A stretch of 30,166 bases of DNA from positions 1-30,166 of IMG/VR virus record IMGVR_UViG_3300046656_000613; one strand, 5' to 3'. This DNA comes from a virus (taxonomy: Duplodnaviria > Heunggongvirae > Uroviricota > Caudoviricetes). Of the stretch, positions 1-9,218 are shown one piece after another. Numbering within the stretch: position 1 is the stretch's first letter; each line of letters begins with the position of its first letter. A model generated the notes under the pieces. The model ran no database searches. It had not been told where the DNA came from and saw nothing but the letters and a program-made list of their open reading frames with translations. The translations under genes and the position numbers were made by a program.

Positions 1-2724
1 TGCTGTACGATTTACATCGAGGCTGCCGATTCGTCCAGTGGCGACTCTGAAGCAGGCGCGCGCGTCTTCGGCCGGATTGAACAGCATCAGCCCAGCGATG
101 CCGTCCTCGCGCAGCGCCCAGAGATAAGGCACGGGATTGTTCTGATAGCCCAGCTCCACCCAGGTGTCGCCATAGACATCCGGGTTATCGGGCTCGACGA
201 AATCCTCATGGATGCGCAGCAGATCGGTGGCCACGTAGTCCTGGGCATCGACATTGTAGGCCAGCTCGAAAATGCGCTTGAGATCGGAGCCGACGAAGAT
301 GCCGCGCGAGCCAACCACGACCGGGCTGATCCGGGCGGCGCCGTCATTGGCGGCCGGCTTCATGGTGATCGAGGTCGGGGTGAGCGGCTCATCGAAGGAC
401 GATGACCGCGCGCTGATCGGCGCAGCGTTGGTGCCCAGGATCAGGCGCTGAAGCCCCATGATCCACTGCGTCTGGTTGGTGAACCCGCCCGAGGCGATGT
501 TGCGCTGGATCGAGCCGGAATCGCCTTCAGTCAGAAGGTTGTAGGCATAATAGTCGTCGCTTTCTGATCCCCAGAATTTGTCCCGTCGTGCCCACCACAG
601 CCGACCGTCGAAAAAGCCGACGGCCTCGGGCCAGCCGCGCCGGTCCGACCAATCGCCCTCAGCCCAGACTTTCGAGTACACTGTATCATGAAAATCGTTC
701 AACACCTCAGCCTCGGCCGAGGTCGGCGACACATAAGCGGTCATGCGCGCGACGCCCGCGCCGCCAAAGCCGCCATATTCCACGGCCACATTCATAACGC
801 CGGAGGTGTAATTGCCGTCCTTGATCGCGTAGCGCTGCCAGAAGATCTGATTGTCGTATTCCGCTGCGGTCGCAACGGAGCCGGAGGCTGTTGACGACGC
901 AGTGGAGACGTCAACGAAGCCGGAGTCCTCGCCGTCGAAGGACCGCTGGAGATTGTAGGTTGCGACAAACGTGCCGGTGATGGCGAAGGTGAAATCGTTC
1001 TCGGTGCCGATACCGCGCGACCGGAAGGCGTCGGTGGCCACGCCCTCGCCGCCCAACTGCCATGTCGCATCGAGCCGCTCGTGGTCGATCTGAAACAGCG
1101 CCCCGACCTGCTCCGGCCGGAAGAACGGCGAGTCGGAGGTCAGGGTGATGTTGCCATGGGTGTCGCTGGGCTTGAGCCGGGCATTGGTGGTGCGCGAAAT
1201 CGTAAACGGGCCGTCGTCAGGCTGGTACTTGACCAGCGACCAGGACCGCTCCGCGCGCCGCTCGATGGTCCGCGGCTGCCAGTTGCCATTGGCCATGAAG
1301 ATGACGTCGCCGGACTGGTCGAGACGGATTTCGCGCAGATCGGTCTCGGACCACGGGGCCTCGATCACCATGGTCCCCTCAGCCTCGATCTCAATGGAAT
1401 CCACGATAACCTCGCGTTCCTGGATCGATGACAGCTCAATATGAGCGCTGTCGGCCGCGGTGCTGTAGGCGCTGGTGGGCGGCGTGAAGCTCGCGGTCCA
1501 GCGGGCGATGCCCTTGGAGATGCGCAATTCGTCGATAAAGCCGTTGAACTCCTCTGTATTAACAGAGGCTCCGGCCGATCCGATCATTGGTCGAGATGCG
1601 CCATTCAGATAAATGTAGGTGTCAGTGAAGGCGCCCTGAAGCACGCCATTGATAAAAAGTCTTGTTGTCGATCCGGCCCTGGACACAGCAATGTGGTGCC
1701 ATGTCGCCAGCGCAGGAGCCGGGCAGGTGATCCGATTGTTGCCGTCAATATACCAATAAAGCGAGGTGCCGCCATCGGTCATGTATATCAGCGGGTACGG
1801 ACCTGTGGTCGTTCCCGACGGACGAGAATCGTACAGAACATGGTTGGTTGCCGTCAGCGCAGTGCGATAAAACCAAAAATCAATGGTAAAGTCTTCATCA
1901 CCAAAAGCAAAATCGGAGCTGCCATCAAGATTGATTCCGTCGTTGGCTCCGTCAAACGCCGCGGAAGCGCCGCCAAATTTAGACTGCGCTGTCGCAATTG
2001 ACGCGTTGCCGTTACATGTCGCCGTGTGGCCATACTGCGAGCTGTCGGTGATAACGGTTGAGCCATTTGCGCCATCAAAGTGCAGCAGCAGCATCGTCAG
2101 CTCATCGACGCCGGAGAGCCCTGTTGGGATGAAAGCAAGGCTGTGCCGCCCGGCGCCGAGCGAGGTTTCCTGGAGATATTCATCGCCGCCCTGGGTCGCG
2201 CCGACCCGCAGGGTAACGGGGCCGTTGAGCACATTGACTCTGAGGGCGTGCTCCTCGCCGGTTTCATTGATGGTGATTTGCTGGCGCACCAGCGCCCGGC
2301 CGCCGCGAGCCGGCGCCGCCAGGGTGAGTATCCCGTCGGCGATCGTCGCCGTCGCACCACCTGTCTCGGTTTCCGTCCAGCCCGTCGCCGAGGAGAAGTC
2401 ACCGCTGACCACGGTCGCGGTGACGGCCGGGCGCATGATCGGCCCATCATCCAGCCAGACGCGCATGAAGCCGGCGACCGTCTCGATCATCGCAACGTCG
2501 CCGAGCCCCTTGACGAAGGGCAGCAGTCGCGGGCGCAGCCCCTCATAGGACCGGCTGAGAAATTCAAAGCCCGGCCGCATGATCGCCTTGCCGATCGAAT
2601 AGGGCATCAGATTTTCCTGATGCTCAGCATGCAGGCGAATGATCTCCTTGTCCACGCGGTTCAACGCCGCGCGAGAAACCTCACCGGCGTTGAACAAATG
2701 CGTTAAGGCGTTGACTTTGCCCAT
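1..2724 (-). CDS. Tail tubular protein B / nozzle (T7 gp12-like), 3'-truncated by the window edge, with an inserted LamG-like domain
   Basis: Not in the ORF track because it has no stop in the window. My manual translation from ATG 2724 is open to position 1: MGKVNALTHLFNAGEVS..., DLREIRLDQSGDVIF, WSDRRGWPEAVGFFDGRLWW, LGYQNNPVPYLWALREDG. These are typical gp12/stabilisation-protein motifs. Confidence 0.85.
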   Translation of the reverse strand, partial: MGKVNALTHLFNAGEVSRAALNRVDKEIIRLHAEHQENLMPYSIGKAIMRPGFEFLSRSYEGLRPRLLPFVKGLGDVAMIETVAGFMRVWLDDGPIMRPAVTATVVSGDFSSATGWTETETGGATATIADGILTLAAPARGGRALVRQQITINETGEEHALRVNVLNGPVTLRVGATQGGDEYLQETSLGAGRHSLAFIPTGLSGVDELTMLLLHFDGANGSTVITDSSQYGHTATCNGNASIATAQSKFGGASAAFDGANDGINLDGSSDFAFGDEDFTIDFWFYRTALTATNHVLYDSRPSGTTTGPYPLIYMTDGGTSLYWYIDGNNRITCPAPALATWHHIAVSRAGSTTRLFINGVLQGAFTDTYIYLNGASRPMIGSAGASVNTEEFNGFIDELRISKGIARWTASFTPPTSAYSTAADSAHIELSSIQEREVIVDSIEIEAEGTMVIEAPWSETDLREIRLDQSGDVIFMANGNWQPRTIERRAERSWSLVKYQPDDGPFTISRTTNARLKPSDTHGNITLTSDSPFFRPEQVGALFQIDHERLDATWQLGGEGVATDAFRSRGIGTENDFTFAITGTFVATYNLQRSFDGEDSGFVDVSTASSTASGSVATAAEYDNQIFWQRYAIKDGNYTSGVMNVAVEYGGFGGAGVARMTAYVSPTSAEAEVLNDFHDTVYSKVWAEGDWSDRRGWPEAVGFFDGRLWWARRDKFWGSESDDYYAYNLLTEGDSGSIQRNIASGGFTNQTQWIMGLQRLILGTNAAPISARSSSFDEPLTPTSITMKPAANDGAARISPVVVGSRGIFVGSDLKRIFELAYNVDAQDYVATDLLRIHEDFVEPDNPDVYGDTWVELGYQNNPVPYLWALREDGIAGLMLFNPAEDARACFRVATGRIGSLDVNRTA

Positions 2725-2727
2725 CAA

Positions 2728-4605
2728 TTACCTCGGGAAGGGCTCAATGAGAAAGCCGTTTGCCGTTACCTGCCCGGTGGAGGCGGTTGCCAGGGCGGTG
2801 ATTTTTGCAGTCACAACACCTAAGAGGGCTTCCCCTGGCGCGGTGATCAGCGTTGCCTGACTTGAGCCGGCAACGCCCGCGGCGCCGGTGGAGAATGCGG
2901 CCACGCCGATGGCGGCTTGCGTACCCGCCGTGGTTGTCCTGGCCACAAGAGCGTCGAGCTTCCAGGTGCCGCCAGCCAGCAGCAGCGCGCCGGTGTCAGC
3001 CACCGCCGTGGCGCCAAAATACATTCTCATCCGCTTGGTCACGGCAGTCGAAAGCGTTGAGGTTATCCCCCACGCGGTCATTTTCAGATACGATCCGCTT
3101 AGCTCAAGCAAATCAGCCGGAAGCACAAAGCTCATCAAATCGTTTTCGCTTGTGGCGCTGTTGCTTGTTGGCGTTACGTTGAAGTACCTTCCGCCAACAT
3201 TCGTTTCTGCCGTTGTGACAACGGATGCCTGCCACTGATTTCCCTGCACTCTCACTCTTGCAGGCGTGATGCTGCTGAAGAATACAAAGTATAATGTGGA
3301 GTAGGATGTCGCGTTGTCTCGACGAACAACGTTTCCGATAACAGAGATGCTTGAGATAAACGATCCCTGGACGACAATTGCTCCGCTGGCCCCGGCACCT
3401 GTATTGATATTTCTAAGAACGTTTCCGCTAACAACCGCCGCCAGCGTTCCAAAATCCGATGCCCCGCCGTCGATCAGTATCGCCCCGGCCGCCGTTAGTT
3501 CGATATAGTTATGGCTGATGTCTTTGTCAGCAGATGTTTCTGAATAGATCCCGCATCCGGCCCCGCCGCCAGTAGCAGATATGCTGTAAATATGATTGTT
3601 CAGAATTTTATCGTTATACCCCCGCGAGCGGACGCCGGCATCCTTGCATGCCTCAATATAATTGTCGCGGATGGTGTTGTCGGCGGAATTGTAATCTACA
3701 AAAACAGCATCAAAAAATTCAACTACTCCGCTTATTCCAGCAAATAAGCAATCTTCGATGTGGTTATTCAGGGCCTGCTCAGATGCTCCAGACCCAACAC
3801 CGGCAATGTGAATGCCGTAGGTAAAGCAATTCTTGATGGTAAGATCTCGAAAATGAGATTCCTGGCAATTAACTCGAATCGCCGTTAGGGTTGTTGAGGA
3901 GCCATCAAGGTATAACCCCTCAATTCCAATCCGAAGCTTGCGCGTTACACCGTAGTCTTCTGTTTGAAACAGCGGCGATGAAAACCCCGCGGTCGGCTTG
4001 ATCCGGCTAAGCTGGAGTCCCTTCCGATTGTCGCCAAACACAACAACGCCCGTCGGCACCTCCAGCGTTGCGCCGATAGCGTAGCCGAGCACCGTGTTGG
4101 GAACATAGACGCGAAACAGCCCGTCAACACCCGATGCCGCATCGATGGCTGCCTGGAAGGCGGCGGAATCATCCGTGACTCCATCCCCGACGGCGCCGTA
4201 ATCCTGGACGTTGAGGGCGCTGCTGTCGTTGGGGTTGACGAATGACACGACATCAAAGTCGATGGCGTCTACATCGATCTCGGCTGGAGTGGATGACGTG
4301 ACCCTGTAAATGCGACCGGCATTCGCGCTCCCGGCCGCGACGGGGACGCAAGTCCCCTTGGTGAAATCCGTGGCGCCATCAAAATCGACAGCGCGCGTCC
4401 AGTCGCCGGTCGAGGCGTAATAGATGCCGTTGAAGCTGGCGCTGGCCTGATCCTTGACCAGGACGCGATCGTTCTCGACCACGGCGATGCCGTCGATGGT
4501 CTGCTCGCCCGACAATGTAATAACGCCCGTGGTTGCGGCGACCACGGGCTTTTTCATGCCAAACGTTGTGCGCGCGCCCTCCAGGCGATCGATGGTATCA
4601 GGCAT
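2728..4605 (-). CDS. Tailspike / receptor-binding protein with pectate-lyase-like right-handed beta-helix
   Basis: N-terminal VVAATTGVITLSGEQTIDG...DRVLVKDQ...NGIY virion-attachment motif. LNVQDYGAVGDGVTDDSAAFQAAIDAA is a Pectate_lyase_3-type start, followed by Asn/Ile-rich beta-helix repeats. Confidence 0.8.
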   Translation of the reverse strand: MPDTIDRLEGARTTFGMKKPVVAATTGVITLSGEQTIDGIAVVENDRVLVKDQASASFNGIYYASTGDWTRAVDFDGATDFTKGTCVPVAAGSANAGRIYRVTSSTPAEIDVDAIDFDVVSFVNPNDSSALNVQDYGAVGDGVTDDSAAFQAAIDAASGVDGLFRVYVPNTVLGYAIGATLEVPTGVVVFGDNRKGLQLSRIKPTAGFSSPLFQTEDYGVTRKLRIGIEGLYLDGSSTTLTAIRVNCQESHFRDLTIKNCFTYGIHIAGVGSGASEQALNNHIEDCLFAGISGVVEFFDAVFVDYNSADNTIRDNYIEACKDAGVRSRGYNDKILNNHIYSISATGGGAGCGIYSETSADKDISHNYIELTAAGAILIDGGASDFGTLAAVVSGNVLRNINTGAGASGAIVVQGSFISSISVIGNVVRRDNATSYSTLYFVFFSSITPARVRVQGNQWQASVVTTAETNVGGRYFNVTPTSNSATSENDLMSFVLPADLLELSGSYLKMTAWGITSTLSTAVTKRMRMYFGATAVADTGALLLAGGTWKLDALVARTTTAGTQAAIGVAAFSTGAAGVAGSSQATLITAPGEALLGVVTAKITALATASTGQVTANGFLIEPFPR

Positions 4606-5236
4606 AGGGAGTGCGCCTCATGTTATTGTAGGAGTTGCGGCGGCCGGTGCGCGCCTGGACAAGGCGGCCGGGCGGCAGGACGCTCATCGGCTGGTTCACG
4701 GCATCGGAGGACTTGGCCTCGGACAGCGCCTTGCGCCGCATCTTGTCGAGCTTGTCTTCGTCCGCGGCGGACATCGAGCAAATATGCGGGCCGGCGCGCC
4801 ACGCCAGCTCCATGGCGAAGGCTTCGGCAAAAGAGGGGGTCCATTTACCGGGATCACGACCGCGCCGCGGGTCGGTGGAGACGTATTGCACCCACATCGG
4901 CGAGACGTCGGAGAAAAAGAAATCGCCCTCCTCGCTAAAATCGGAGAGCGTTGGGACGAAGCGTTCGTTGGCGGCGATGCGCACAAGGCGCATATAGAAC
5001 TCGGGCTTGTCATAGACATACTGGTAGCCGAACTGCGATTCCGCCTCGGCTGAAGGTGTCCACTCCTCGCTGGACAGCGAGAAATTCCAAAGAGCCCGCT
5101 CCAGCATCCAGTCGAGCGTCTCGCTATACACCGAATCCAGATCCCGGCGTTCGGAACGGTTCTCGGTCAGCGTGGCCAGCCGGCGCGATTTCAGCGCCAG
5201 CAAAGCCCGATTGTAGACGGTCAGCTTGGTTGCCAC
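4598..5236 (-). CDS. Tail tubular protein A / adaptor (T7 gp11-like)
   Basis: YNRALLAL...L.ENRSE...Y...L...LWNFS...YQYVYDKPE pattern, typical size (212 aa), located between the capsid genes and the nozzle. Confidence 0.8.
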   Translation of the reverse strand: MATKLTVYNRALLALKSRRLATLTENRSERRDLDSVYSETLDWMLERALWNFSLSSEEWTPSAEAESQFGYQYVYDKPEFYMRLVRIAANERFVPTLSDFSEEGDFFFSDVSPMWVQYVSTDPRRGRDPGKWTPSFAEAFAMELAWRAGPHICSMSAADEDKLDKMRRKALSEAKSSDAVNQPMSVLPPGRLVQARTGRRNSYNNMRRTPYA

Positions 5237-5251
5237 AGCGGGCTCCTCAGA

Positions 5252-5851
5252 TTAGGCGGGCGCACTCTCTTTCGAGGCGGCTTCGGCCGCAGCGGTCCTG
5301 GTCTTGGCGTGCGCGATCAGCTCATCATCGGTGGGATTGCGCATGTTGAGGGCGACGAGATAATTGGCCAGCACCACCTCGGCTTCCTTCTGGGTCTTGA
5401 TGTTGCGCTGCACTTCGGCGCCGCCCAGGCCAAGCACACGGAAGTCGGTCTTGGGCAGGAACTGCGTGCGGCAGACCGGCTTGCCGTCGGGGGCGATCGG
5501 CGCCACGACAAGGCGCAGCGCCTCATTGCGGGCATCGGTCTCGACCTTGTAGGGATCGATGCCGCGCGGCGGGCGGCCGGAGAAGAACTCGACGAGCAGA
5601 CCGTTGGCCACCTTGTGGACCACGTTCACGATCACGTCGAAATCACCCAGGGCGTGGCGCAAGCGAACCAATGTATTCGGCCCGAGGCCGACATGGTGAC
5701 GCCAAAAGCCAGGGTGGAAAAGATCCTGATATTCGATATCTTCGGGAAGGATCTCGAAGAGTTGCTTGACAGTCATGTCATACTGCGAAGATCTTGTCAG
5801 GCATTTCGCAGAGATAACCTTGTCGTCTCTCGGCTTGGTCTCGTCGGTCAT
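5252..5851 (-). CDS. Hypothetical phage protein (199 aa, start MTDETKP)
   Basis: Protein-like composition and position in the structural operon. Start moved to ATG 5851 because the upstream extension overlaps the previous gene. Confidence 0.65.
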   Translation of the reverse strand: MTDETKPRDDKVISAKCLTRSSQYDMTVKQLFEILPEDIEYQDLFHPGFWRHHVGLGPNTLVRLRHALGDFDVIVNVVHKVANGLLVEFFSGRPPRGIDPYKVETDARNEALRLVVAPIAPDGKPVCRTQFLPKTDFRVLGLGGAEVQRNIKTQKEAEVVLANYLVALNMRNPTDDELIAHAKTRTAAAEAASKESAPA

Positions 5852-5915
5852 GGATTTTCCAGGGTTGAGAGGGCGGCGACCTGCGCCGCCGCCCCGTAAC
5901 GGCCTCGCCCCAGAA

Positions 5916-6227
5916 TTAGGACGAAGTTCCAAGAATCGTCGCGCTCGCACCATTGGTGGAGAAGGACGAAATGCACAGCGTATGCAGCGCCTGCGGGATC
6001 GCCGGCACCGCCGTTGACACGCGGACGAAATCCACGATGTCGCCGGGACGCATGTTGAGCTTGTTCGGACCGCCCTCGGTGAAGTAACCGGTGGCGATCA
6101 CGGTAGCGATGGCATCGCTGGAACGGTACATCCAGCGATTGCCACCGGCGTCTGATGAGCCGACGCCGAAGCCCCCTGCGACTGCCGCGACAGTCAGGAA
6201 GGGGCGGTTTGCTGTTGAATAAGGCAT
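5916..6227 (-). CDS. Small virion protein, candidate capsid cement/decoration protein
   Basis: 103 aa, beta-strand-like, directly downstream of the major capsid gene. Function is inferred from position. Confidence 0.55.
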   Translation of the reverse strand: MPYSTANRPFLTVAAVAGGFGVGSSDAGGNRWMYRSSDAIATVIATGYFTEGGPNKLNMRPGDIVDFVRVSTAVPAIPQALHTLCISSFSTNGASATILGTSS

Positions 6228-6256
6228 GGTTCAAGTGTTCCCTTCGCTTAACGGGC

Positions 6257-7096
6257 TTACGAAGCCACGAATGCGGAGCCGTCGTGAACCATCTTCACGA
6301 TGCCCGAATTCTGGAGCTTCTTGGCGCCGTGCCAGAGAGTTGCACGAGACCAGCTCAGATCCTGCTTGCCGTCATAGTCCACAAGCACCTGCATTTCCTT
6401 GCTGTTGGCAGCATGGCCCATGCTATTCTTGTGGTACATGAAGCAGCTCTCACTGGCGGTGCCGACACCCGGCACGTTCGGATGGATGATCCAGTTCAGG
6501 CCAGCCCACCGGCGCATGCGCTTGGCGGGGCCGACGAAAGGCTTGATCTCCACATAGTCCGCAGAAGAGAACTCCGGCACCTGCATGAGGTAGCCCTCGA
6601 ACGCGGGCGAGATGACCGCGAACATGTTGTCTTCTTCGGTGGTCGGCACCTCGTTGACGCCCAAAATGACCTTGGACTTGATCACGAGGCTGAGATTGGC
6701 CGTAACAGCCGCGCCCGTCGTCAGGGTGGCGGTGTCCAGCTCATCCATGATGACCTGATCGATGTTGCGGTTCATCACCGCGACAGAACCAAGCTGCATG
6801 ATGCGGCGCTGGTCGCCCTGGCTTGCAAAGATGTTGAAGCCGGTGCGCTCGAACGGAGCGTGGTACTCCTGGAGGACGGCAGTGTTCTGCACGTTCTCGA
6901 CAGTGGTGTAGGGGATCAGGCCATTCAGGCCGCGAGTCACAGCGGCAACGCCGCCCGAGCCGGAGACCAGAAAGACCGCCTGATTACCCTTGATTACCGC
7001 TTCTTGCACGCAAGTCATTCTGAGCACTGAGTAATTCTGCTCGAACGCTGCAATGTGCTCGTTGCGGTAATGCGTTTGAAAGGCTGAGTCAGCCAT
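6257..7096 (-). CDS. Major capsid protein (HK97-fold, BPP-1-like podovirus type)
   Basis: AFQTHY...AAFEQNYSVLR...G.QAVF..G...A.TRG..G.IP N-terminus, AVMNRNIDQVI, and C-terminal SW...LWHGAKKLQNSGIVK. Lies downstream of the scaffold; RBS AAGGA. Confidence 0.85.
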   Translation of the reverse strand: MADSAFQTHYRNEHIAAFEQNYSVLRMTCVQEAVIKGNQAVFLVSGSGGVAAVTRGLNGLIPYTTVENVQNTAVLQEYHAPFERTGFNIFASQGDQRRIMQLGSVAVMNRNIDQVIMDELDTATLTTGAAVTANLSLVIKSKVILGVNEVPTTEEDNMFAVISPAFEGYLMQVPEFSSADYVEIKPFVGPAKRMRRWAGLNWIIHPNVPGVGTASESCFMYHKNSMGHAANSKEMQVLVDYDGKQDLSWSRATLWHGAKKLQNSGIVKMVHDGSAFVAS

Positions 7097-7131
7097 GTCG
7101 CATTTCCTTGAGACAAATTGAGGGGAGGGGT

Positions 7132-7193
7132 TCGAGCCTGCGGGAGAAGGTTGGCCGAGCGGTCGGGCCTGCGGGGTGCGGGTTGGCTATGCT
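7132..7193 (+). repeat. Imperfect ~31-nt tandem repeat in the capsid gene leader
   Basis: tcgagcctgcgggagaaggttggc (from 7132) vs tcgggcctgcggggtgcgggttggc (from 7163). Confidence 0.5.
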
Positions 7194-7551
7194 CTCGTCA
7201 GAACACAGGGCCGCGGGGGCAGGGACTATCGGGGCTTTCCGTGGGCGGGGTAGGCGAGAAACGCTCGGCGCGGGGCTGTGGAAAACAGGTTAGCCGCTAT
7301 GAGTGGTCACTTGAAAAAGGGACAAATCTATTGCATAAAGAAATCAGGCAATACCAATACCCGGCACTTAGTGATCGAACTGATTCATTTTGATCTCAAC
7401 CGTGCCGGTGACGTGAGCCTCTGGCGTCAATGAGCAAGCTTCCGGCTCACTGCGGAGTCCGTGCTCGCTCATGGACTCCGCTTTCACTCTCTTCCTAGGC
7501 GGTGACAGGCGCTGACGGTCCCGACCCCATGAAGGCGGGGCCGTCTTCGTG

Positions 7552-8769
7552 TCAGCGCTTGCCGCGCCGCGCTGCCTTGCGCTCGATCTCGGTCTGGATC
7601 GTGAGCGCTTCGTCGGCAAGGTTCTCGCGATGATAGCGATCGAAATCGACGCGCATGATCTCGTTGATCTCGTCCAGCCGCGACTTGCCGCCAGGACGGG
7701 TGCCGTCGCCGGAAGGCATGCCGGCGTCGCCGTAGCGATCCAGCGCCAGCCCGATCAGGCCGCGCGCCACGCCGGGGATCGAGGTGAGCCGGCGCCAGAT
7801 CCCTGCATCCTCATCAAAATACCGGGCTGACATGATCTTCTCGGCATTGTCCTCGCCGAATACGTCATTGTCTTCGATCAGCCGCTTCATCGCGGTCATG
7901 TGCGGCTTGAACTCGCGCACGCCGAACTCGGAGCGGATCTGGTCGTAGCAGGCTTCGCGATCCTCCGCGTCATGCCGCTTCAGCGCGCCATCCATTTCCT
8001 CGGCGACGCGCTGCTGCTCCAGGATGTGCCAGTTGACCAGCTTGTTGACTTGGCTCTGATTGAGCCCGCCCTCAAAAGCCGCGGTGCGGAAGGCGTCGAT
8101 GGTCGGCTGGTCTTTTTCGGTCCAGGTATGACCGGCGACAACCGGAATCTCATACTTGTCGGCCGCTTCCGGGATATCGTTCTCTTTGCGCCATGCCGCC
8201 TGCTCTTCGGCGGTAGCGTCCTCGGGCGGACGCTTGTGGTCGCCGGCCCGGAGCTTTTCCTGGGCGAGCATACCGTTGACGATCGCATCGTCGATCGACT
8301 TGGCGCGCTTGAGCTGGTTGATGATCTGCTCGCGGCGCTGCTCGAACTTCTTCGCGCTGAGCTTGTCCTTCAGCGGCGCCAACATCTTGTCGGCGACCCG
8401 ATCGCGCCACTGCGCATCGGCAGCTAGGCGCTCGCGTTTTTCGTCTTCAGTCTCAGTCTTTTTGTCAGCCTCTTTGTCGCCGGACTTATCCGCCGCTTTA
8501 TCTGCGGCATTGTCTTTGGCGCCATCGGCTTTGTCGTCTTTGCCATCGCCATCGTCATCGTCGAGGCCGTCGAAGAGATTCCCGCCTGCCTTCTTGTCCG
8601 CCTTGTCCGCGCCCTTGTCGGCGGCCTTGTCGTCAGCGGATTTGTCGGCACCGTCGGGCTGCTTGTCGTTTCCGGCGCCGCCATCGAGCGCCTTATCGGT
8701 GGCCTTGTCTGCGGCATCGTCTGTGGCGGAGTCGTCGGTCGGGCGGTCCTTGATGGCCTGATCAGTCAT
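7552..8769 (-). CDS. Capsid assembly scaffolding protein
   Basis: Acidic low-complexity N-terminus (DKAAD repeats), RPPEDAT.EE.AAWRKENDIPEAADKY motif, helical charged body, basic C-terminus. Located upstream of the capsid gene. Confidence 0.8.
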   Translation of the reverse strand: MTDQAIKDRPTDDSATDDAADKATDKALDGGAGNDKQPDGADKSADDKAADKGADKADKKAGGNLFDGLDDDDGDGKDDKADGAKDNAADKAADKSGDKEADKKTETEDEKRERLAADAQWRDRVADKMLAPLKDKLSAKKFEQRREQIINQLKRAKSIDDAIVNGMLAQEKLRAGDHKRPPEDATAEEQAAWRKENDIPEAADKYEIPVVAGHTWTEKDQPTIDAFRTAAFEGGLNQSQVNKLVNWHILEQQRVAEEMDGALKRHDAEDREACYDQIRSEFGVREFKPHMTAMKRLIEDNDVFGEDNAEKIMSARYFDEDAGIWRRLTSIPGVARGLIGLALDRYGDAGMPSGDGTRPGGKSRLDEINEIMRVDFDRYHRENLADEALTIQTEIERKAARRGKR

Positions 8770-8800
8770 GTATCATACCTTGGGAAACTCCAGGTCCGGT

Positions 8801-9157
8801 CTATGCAGCGCCCGTGCGGCGCTTGCGAAGGCGCTGCTGTACGGGCAGAGATACGGAGGGAGCGATGGGTTTTGGGGTCAGTTCGGGGCGCAGCATCTTG
8901 CGGATCTGGATGCCGACGAAACGCTTGCCTTCGGCGAAGATCATCGCATCGGTGCCCCCCTTGTCGGCCGGGCGGAACGACAGATCTGCGAATTCTTCCG
9001 ACGCCGTGGTGGCGTACATCAGCCAGCGGAAGAAGGTCTGCTGCTGCGCGGCGTTGGCCTTGCCCTCGAAGACGGCGCGGACCGCCATAACGACTTCATC
9101 GGTGTAGTCGGACGGGAGCCAGGGCAGCGACTTGGGCAGCCAGGGCGTGATGGGCAT
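8801..9157 (-). CDS. Bbp19-like protein
   Basis: SFRP....TDAMIFAEGKRFVGIQI motif; standard position between portal and scaffold; RBS GGAGG. Confidence 0.7.
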   Translation of the reverse strand: MPITPWLPKSLPWLPSDYTDEVVMAVRAVFEGKANAAQQQTFFRWLMYATTASEEFADLSFRPADKGGTDAMIFAEGKRFVGIQIRKMLRPELTPKPIAPSVSLPVQQRLRKRRTGAA

Positions 9158-9172
9158 TTAGTATTCCTCCAA

Positions 9173-9212
9173 TGGATACACAGTCTATACGCCATGTCAA
9201 CAAATAATTATT
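9173..9212 (-). promoter_or_regulatory. Candidate sigma70-type promoter for the head-assembly genes
   Basis: Minus-strand TTGACA (9200-9195), a 16-nt spacer, then TATCCA (weak -10). AT-rich palindrome AATAATTATT (9203-9212) lies just upstream. Confidence 0.4.
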
Positions 9213-9218
9213 ACCATC

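Noticed and set aside
1441-2706. Several + strand ORFs (1441-2001, 1883-2548, 2080-2706)
   Set aside because: Shadows of the minus-strand nozzle gene that the ORF track missed.
5872-5890. GC hairpin GGCGGCG-N5-CGCCGCC as a terminator
   Set aside because: No U-tract on the coding (minus) strand; at most a processing or stability hairpin.
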